Positions 16,827-20,315 of a DNA stretch of 20,315 nucleotides are shown here, piece by piece (the first letter of the stretch is position 1; every line of letters begins with the position of its first letter). The position numbers and the translations under genes are program-made. The stretch is from positions 1-20,315 of the forward strand of contig JAUWKS010000058.1 of assembly GCA_030614005.1 (NCBI GenBank). Reading direction: 5' to 3'. A model generated the notes under the pieces. The model was not told where the DNA came from and did no database searches. It was given only the letters and a program-made list of their open reading frames with translations. The stretch is from Candidatus Heimdallarchaeota archaeon. GTDB lineage: Archaea; Asgardarchaeota; Heimdallarchaeia; JABLTI01.

Positions 16827-17615
16827 TTATTTTAGGAAAACTCTGTTTATCACTTCATCAAATTCTTTATCTTTTGGATTTCCTTCCCATACAATTCGTC
16901 TATTCATACAAACTGCTCTAGAACAATTATTCCTGATAAAGTCTATATCGTGACTTACCAAAATTATTGTTAGTTCTGTTTCTTCGTGAATCTTCCGTAT
17001 TAAGCTCATGATATTTCTTGCAACTTTGAAATCTAGAGCCGATGTTGGTTCATCTAAGAAGAGAATCTCTGGGTCATTAACAATTCCTCTAGCAATCATT
17101 ACTTTCTGTTGTTGCCCTCCAGATAAATGCCCAATTGGTCTATCTTTAAATTGATCCAATTCCACGATTTCAAGTGCGCGATCGATTCTTTCAGAATCAT
17201 TTTTGTTTAGGGTTCTGAAGAGACCAACAGTTGAATAGAGACCCATTCCTACAACATCTTTTACTAAAGCAGGAAAATTGCGATCAATTTCACTCATTTG
17301 AGGCAAATAACCAAATTTTTTCCGCAGACCATGTAGATTTCCTTTCTTTAAAATATCTTCACCTAAAATCTTGACTGTTCCTTTTAACGGGTCAACAGCA
17401 CCAATAATGCTTTTTAAAAGTGTACTTTTCCCTGAACCGTTTGGACCGCATATACCGACAAACTCATTCCTATAGATATCGAGATTAATATCAAATATCG
17501 CAACATTTGATTGATATGCAACGACTACATCATGTATACAAATAATTGGCTTTTGAGGTTTGTTGGAAGAGTCAACTGATGAATTATTCATTTTGCTAAT
17601 TTCCTTGCTGGTCAT
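16827..17615 (-). CDS. znuC: Zn/Mn ABC importer ATPase
   Basis: GPNGSGKST, GYLPQ, LSGGQQQK, LDEP, SHD; 4-nt overlap with the permease gene. Confidence 0.92.
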   Translation of the reverse strand: MTSKEISKMNNSSVDSSNKPQKPIICIHDVVVAYQSNVAIFDINLDIYRNEFVGICGPNGSGKSTLLKSIIGAVDPLKGTVKILGEDILKKGNLHGLRKKFGYLPQMSEIDRNFPALVKDVVGMGLYSTVGLFRTLNKNDSERIDRALEIVELDQFKDRPIGHLSGGQQQKVMIARGIVNDPEILFLDEPTSALDFKVARNIMSLIRKIHEETELTIILVSHDIDFIRNNCSRAVCMNRRIVWEGNPKDKEFDEVINRVFLK

Positions 17616-18625
17616 TGCTTTGTTTCCTCCTCCATATGGTTATGTGTTGTCGGTTCCTTGTCAGGCAAATGTTTTGTACTTATTATGATTCGATCATCTT
17701 CATGTGTATGAGGTATTCCTAGGTCACAGTCACCATCACATTCGTCACAAGGTCCTGGAAGATAATCTTTGCAGAAAGGACATTCCAGGAGATCTTTTTT
17801 GGCAGATCTTCTTTTTGGCGAAGCAAGGAACGAGATAACAAAGATTAATGTTATCAAAATTACGATAGTTGAACCTGAAGGCAAATCCAATATATACGAA
17901 AAGAATAAACCAAAAACAGCTGAGAAAACACCGAAGATAGCCGAGAGTATAATCATAGTGTTGATTTTGAAAGTCCATTGGTATGCAGCAGCTGCAGGTG
18001 TAACTATCATTGCAAAAACTAAAATTGCCCCAATAGCTTTTAACGAAACTGAAATTGTTAAAGAAACTGCAATAAGGAAGAGATAGGATAGAAATTTAAC
18101 AGGCACACCTGAAACTTGTGCTTGTTGAGAATTAAAAGTCATAAAATATAGTTCCTTTTTGATTGCAAAAACTATTAGTAGAATTACAAATGAAAAAACG
18201 ATTAACAGAAGCATATCTGCTAAATCAACTAGCAATATGTTTCCAAAAAGTATTGAATTAATATCTGAACTGTATTCTCCATGTAACCCGATGAAAAGTA
18301 TTGCTAATGCCATAAAGAATGCAAAGACAATGCCAATTATCACTTCACTATTCATTAATTTCTTCTGGTTGACATACCCAATACCAACTGCAGATACAAC
18401 TGAAAAACCAATTATTGTTAATATTGGATCTATTCCTAGAAGAATAGCTAATGCCGCACCTGCAAATGCAGAATGTGCAATTGCTTGCCCTAAGAAGATA
18501 AGCCCTCGTAAAAGAACAAAAACACCGATAATTGAACAAACAACGCCAATTACAAATGCGGATACAAATGCTCTTTGCATAAATGGATACTGAAATGCTT
18601 GGAAGAATTCTAGTAATATGCTCAT
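17612..18625 (-). CDS. znuB: Zn/Mn ABC importer permease (ABC-3) with Cys/His-rich C-terminal tail
   Basis: FMQRA, AIAHSAFAG, ILFGNIL, IGAILVFAMIVTPAAAA. Confidence 0.93.
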   Translation of the reverse strand: MSILLEFFQAFQYPFMQRAFVSAFVIGVVCSIIGVFVLLRGLIFLGQAIAHSAFAGAALAILLGIDPILTIIGFSVVSAVGIGYVNQKKLMNSEVIIGIVFAFFMALAILFIGLHGEYSSDINSILFGNILLVDLADMLLLIVFSFVILLIVFAIKKELYFMTFNSQQAQVSGVPVKFLSYLFLIAVSLTISVSLKAIGAILVFAMIVTPAAAAYQWTFKINTMIILSAIFGVFSAVFGLFFSYILDLPSGSTIVILITLIFVISFLASPKRRSAKKDLLECPFCKDYLPGPCDECDGDCDLGIPHTHEDDRIIISTKHLPDKEPTTHNHMEEETKQ

Positions 18626-18641
18626 TATTTACTCACCTTAA

Positions 18642-19076
18642 TCAGCTTTTTGCTATGCATTCCTCCACTCTAGGAATGGATTCATTGCAATGACACTTCT
18701 GAGGGTTATTTAACTCTCTGCTAATTTGATCAATCATATTGCATGATATGACACTTGCAATTGCATAACTCTCTTTTTTTGCCTCTCGATGAGACAAGTT
18801 GAGAGTATTCATAAAGAACATTATCAATAAATGAAAATGTCTTTGTTTGTGAGCTGCTTGCTGTTGCCCTTTCTGCGTTAAAGAAATTGGACCATATTTT
18901 TGCCAAGTAATTAATTCATCATCCACCAATCTTTTAATTATTGAATTAATTGATGAATGAGGGATGGCAGTATTTTCTTTCTCCAATTCTTTCTTTAAAT
19001 CACCTATTCGTATTGGACGTAGCCACGAATATAAGAAATCTAACAGCTTTTCTTCCAAATCTATTCTGCGTTTCAA
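18642..19076 (-). CDS. DtxR/MntR-family regulator with degenerate canonical metal ligands
   Basis: wHTH followed by YGPISLTQKG and a dimerisation region ending NPQKCHCNESIP (cf. P..CPHG.PIP); located in a metal-uptake operon; TTG start. Confidence 0.85.
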   Translation of the reverse strand: MKRRIDLEEKLLDFLYSWLRPIRIGDLKKELEKENTAIPHSSINSIIKRLVDDELITWQKYGPISLTQKGQQQAAHKQRHFHLLIMFFMNTLNLSHREAKKESYAIASVISCNMIDQISRELNNPQKCHCNESIPRVEECIAKS

Positions 19077-19092
19077 ATTGATTCACAACCCT

Positions 19093-20118
19093 TTATTCTC
19101 TTGGATTTTTACTCCTAACTATTATTACAGCAACACCTAAGGCAACCAATATTATTCCAGCAAATCCTATTAGTAACCAAGTTGTCCATGGCAAAGATGA
19201 AGATGGCGGATTGAAAGGGTTCTTGAGTGCCAATATATTGTAATCAATCATAGAAATATAATCAACTAAACCATACACGCCTAGCAACGGAGTTAAATTA
19301 GCTATTTGTATCTCTGTATCTCTGGCTATTTGATTTACAGTTTCATCATCCAATTGAGGTTGATTTATTATTAAGGTGACATTTTCTGTTTCAATGGCAG
19401 AAATTATTCCTTGTAAATGGTCAGGAGAAGGTTCAACACCATCTTGTTCTTCAATAGCTCCAACTCGGATAATTCCAAGTAAATCAAAGAGATATTTGAA
19501 TGAAGGATGATGAACAACTACCTTTGTACCACTAAAACTAACCTTGGCTTGATCAATTCGATCAAGCAATAAATCTAGGTCATCGAGATAAGAATCTCTA
19601 TTTAATTCATAGGTAGCACTATTTGTTGGATCTAATAAAGAGATTCTTTGGTAAATTCTCTCGATCATAATTTTTACATTATTTGGATCCATCCAAACAT
19701 GAGGATTATTAGAATCAATTACATCATCGAATTCTATCATTGAAGAATTTACTAATTCCAATACTTTTATCCCAGGATTTACGTCCAAAACGGATTGGAC
19801 CCACGGTTCTAGTCCCTCTAATCCCAATCGCACAAAAAGATCAGCTTGTGCAACTTTTTCTATTTCATGTGGTGATGGTTCGTAAACATGTGGGTTTTCA
19901 TTCCCTGAAACAATACTTTCTACAGTAAATAGCCCTTCACCAATTTGTCCAGCAAAATCTGCAACAATTGAAATCGAAGCTACAACATTTAGTGTTCCAT
20001 TGTTGATCTCTTTTGGATTACTTTCATTAGTATGAGAAGCAACATTTACAATAAACTCTGTATTAATTTGTAACGTTACCACCAATAGAAGAACGATAAA
20101 TGTCTGCACTTGTCTCAT
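19093..20118 (-). CDS. znuA: Metal ABC substrate-binding protein (ZnuA/TroA cluster) with signal peptide and C-terminal TM anchor
   Basis: NPHVYEPSP, NPHVWMDP, VHHPSFKY, GVEPSP; hydrophobic C-terminal helix followed by RSKNPRE. Confidence 0.93.
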   Translation of the reverse strand: MRQVQTFIVLLLVVTLQINTEFIVNVASHTNESNPKEINNGTLNVVASISIVADFAGQIGEGLFTVESIVSGNENPHVYEPSPHEIEKVAQADLFVRLGLEGLEPWVQSVLDVNPGIKVLELVNSSMIEFDDVIDSNNPHVWMDPNNVKIMIERIYQRISLLDPTNSATYELNRDSYLDDLDLLLDRIDQAKVSFSGTKVVVHHPSFKYLFDLLGIIRVGAIEEQDGVEPSPDHLQGIISAIETENVTLIINQPQLDDETVNQIARDTEIQIANLTPLLGVYGLVDYISMIDYNILALKNPFNPPSSSLPWTTWLLIGFAGIILVALGVAVIIVRSKNPRE

Positions 20119-20133
20119 TTACTTAGGACCTCG

Positions 20134-20165
20134 AGTGTATTTTACGAATATTCGTAATAAACACT
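20134..20165. promoter_or_regulatory. 32-bp imperfect palindrome (perfect 16-bp core), candidate operator of the metal-uptake operon
   Basis: AGTGT-att-TTACGAATATTCGTAA-taa-ACACT; 14 of 16 pairs are complementary; lies between a TATA-like run (~20172-20184, minus strand) and the znuA start. Confidence 0.7.
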
Positions 20166-20315
20166 TATTCCAATAATATAAAAGAATTACCGTTCCTTTT
20201 TTTATGGACAAATGGGACACTGAGTCTTTTATCCATTCCCAGTCACCGCGACCAATTTGTTGGTGCAGTTCATCTCTGAGCCCCCACTAGGAACAGTTGA
20301 GTGGGGGATTCCCGA

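Noticed and set aside
262-19928. Short antisense or overlapping ORFs in the track (for example 262-492, 4996-5316, 9258-9620, 17769-18086, 18159-18593)
   Set aside because: They are shadows of well-supported genes on the opposite strand or in another frame, with no motifs.
20296-20315. 5' end of a tRNA (GGGGGATTCCCGA)
   Set aside because: Too little sequence, acceptor/T8 register is unconvincing, and the G-run is already explained by the upstream hairpin.

Overview
AT-rich archaeal DNA, probably Asgard/Heimdallarchaeia. That is inferred from GGTGA/GGAG Shine-Dalgarno motifs, a eukaryote-like CTL/SLC44 homolog and a Heimdall-type surface-protein tail. The flanks are housekeeping: cysS and an ABC-2 exporter on the left; a CTL-like transporter, PhzF-like protein, GtrA-GT2 fusion and a ZnuA-DtxR-ZnuB-ZnuC metal-uptake operon on the right. 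Between them (~4.2-12.0 kb) is a nuclease-dense island. It holds a solo IS200/IS605 TnpB with the rearranged RuvC-II site, a free-standing double-LAGLIDADG protein and a four-gene module. In that module a Cas4-like Fe-S nuclease converges on an operon of wHTH protein, a 662-aa wHTH + Cys-cluster + highly divergent Cas1 fusion, and a second wHTH protein. The module has no CRISPR array, cas2 or PolB in the window and is bracketed by a perfect 14-bp inverted repeat upstream of both transcription units. It is the main candidate for a non-canonical Cas1-based mobile or defence system. All assignments come from visual motif reading; no searches were run.
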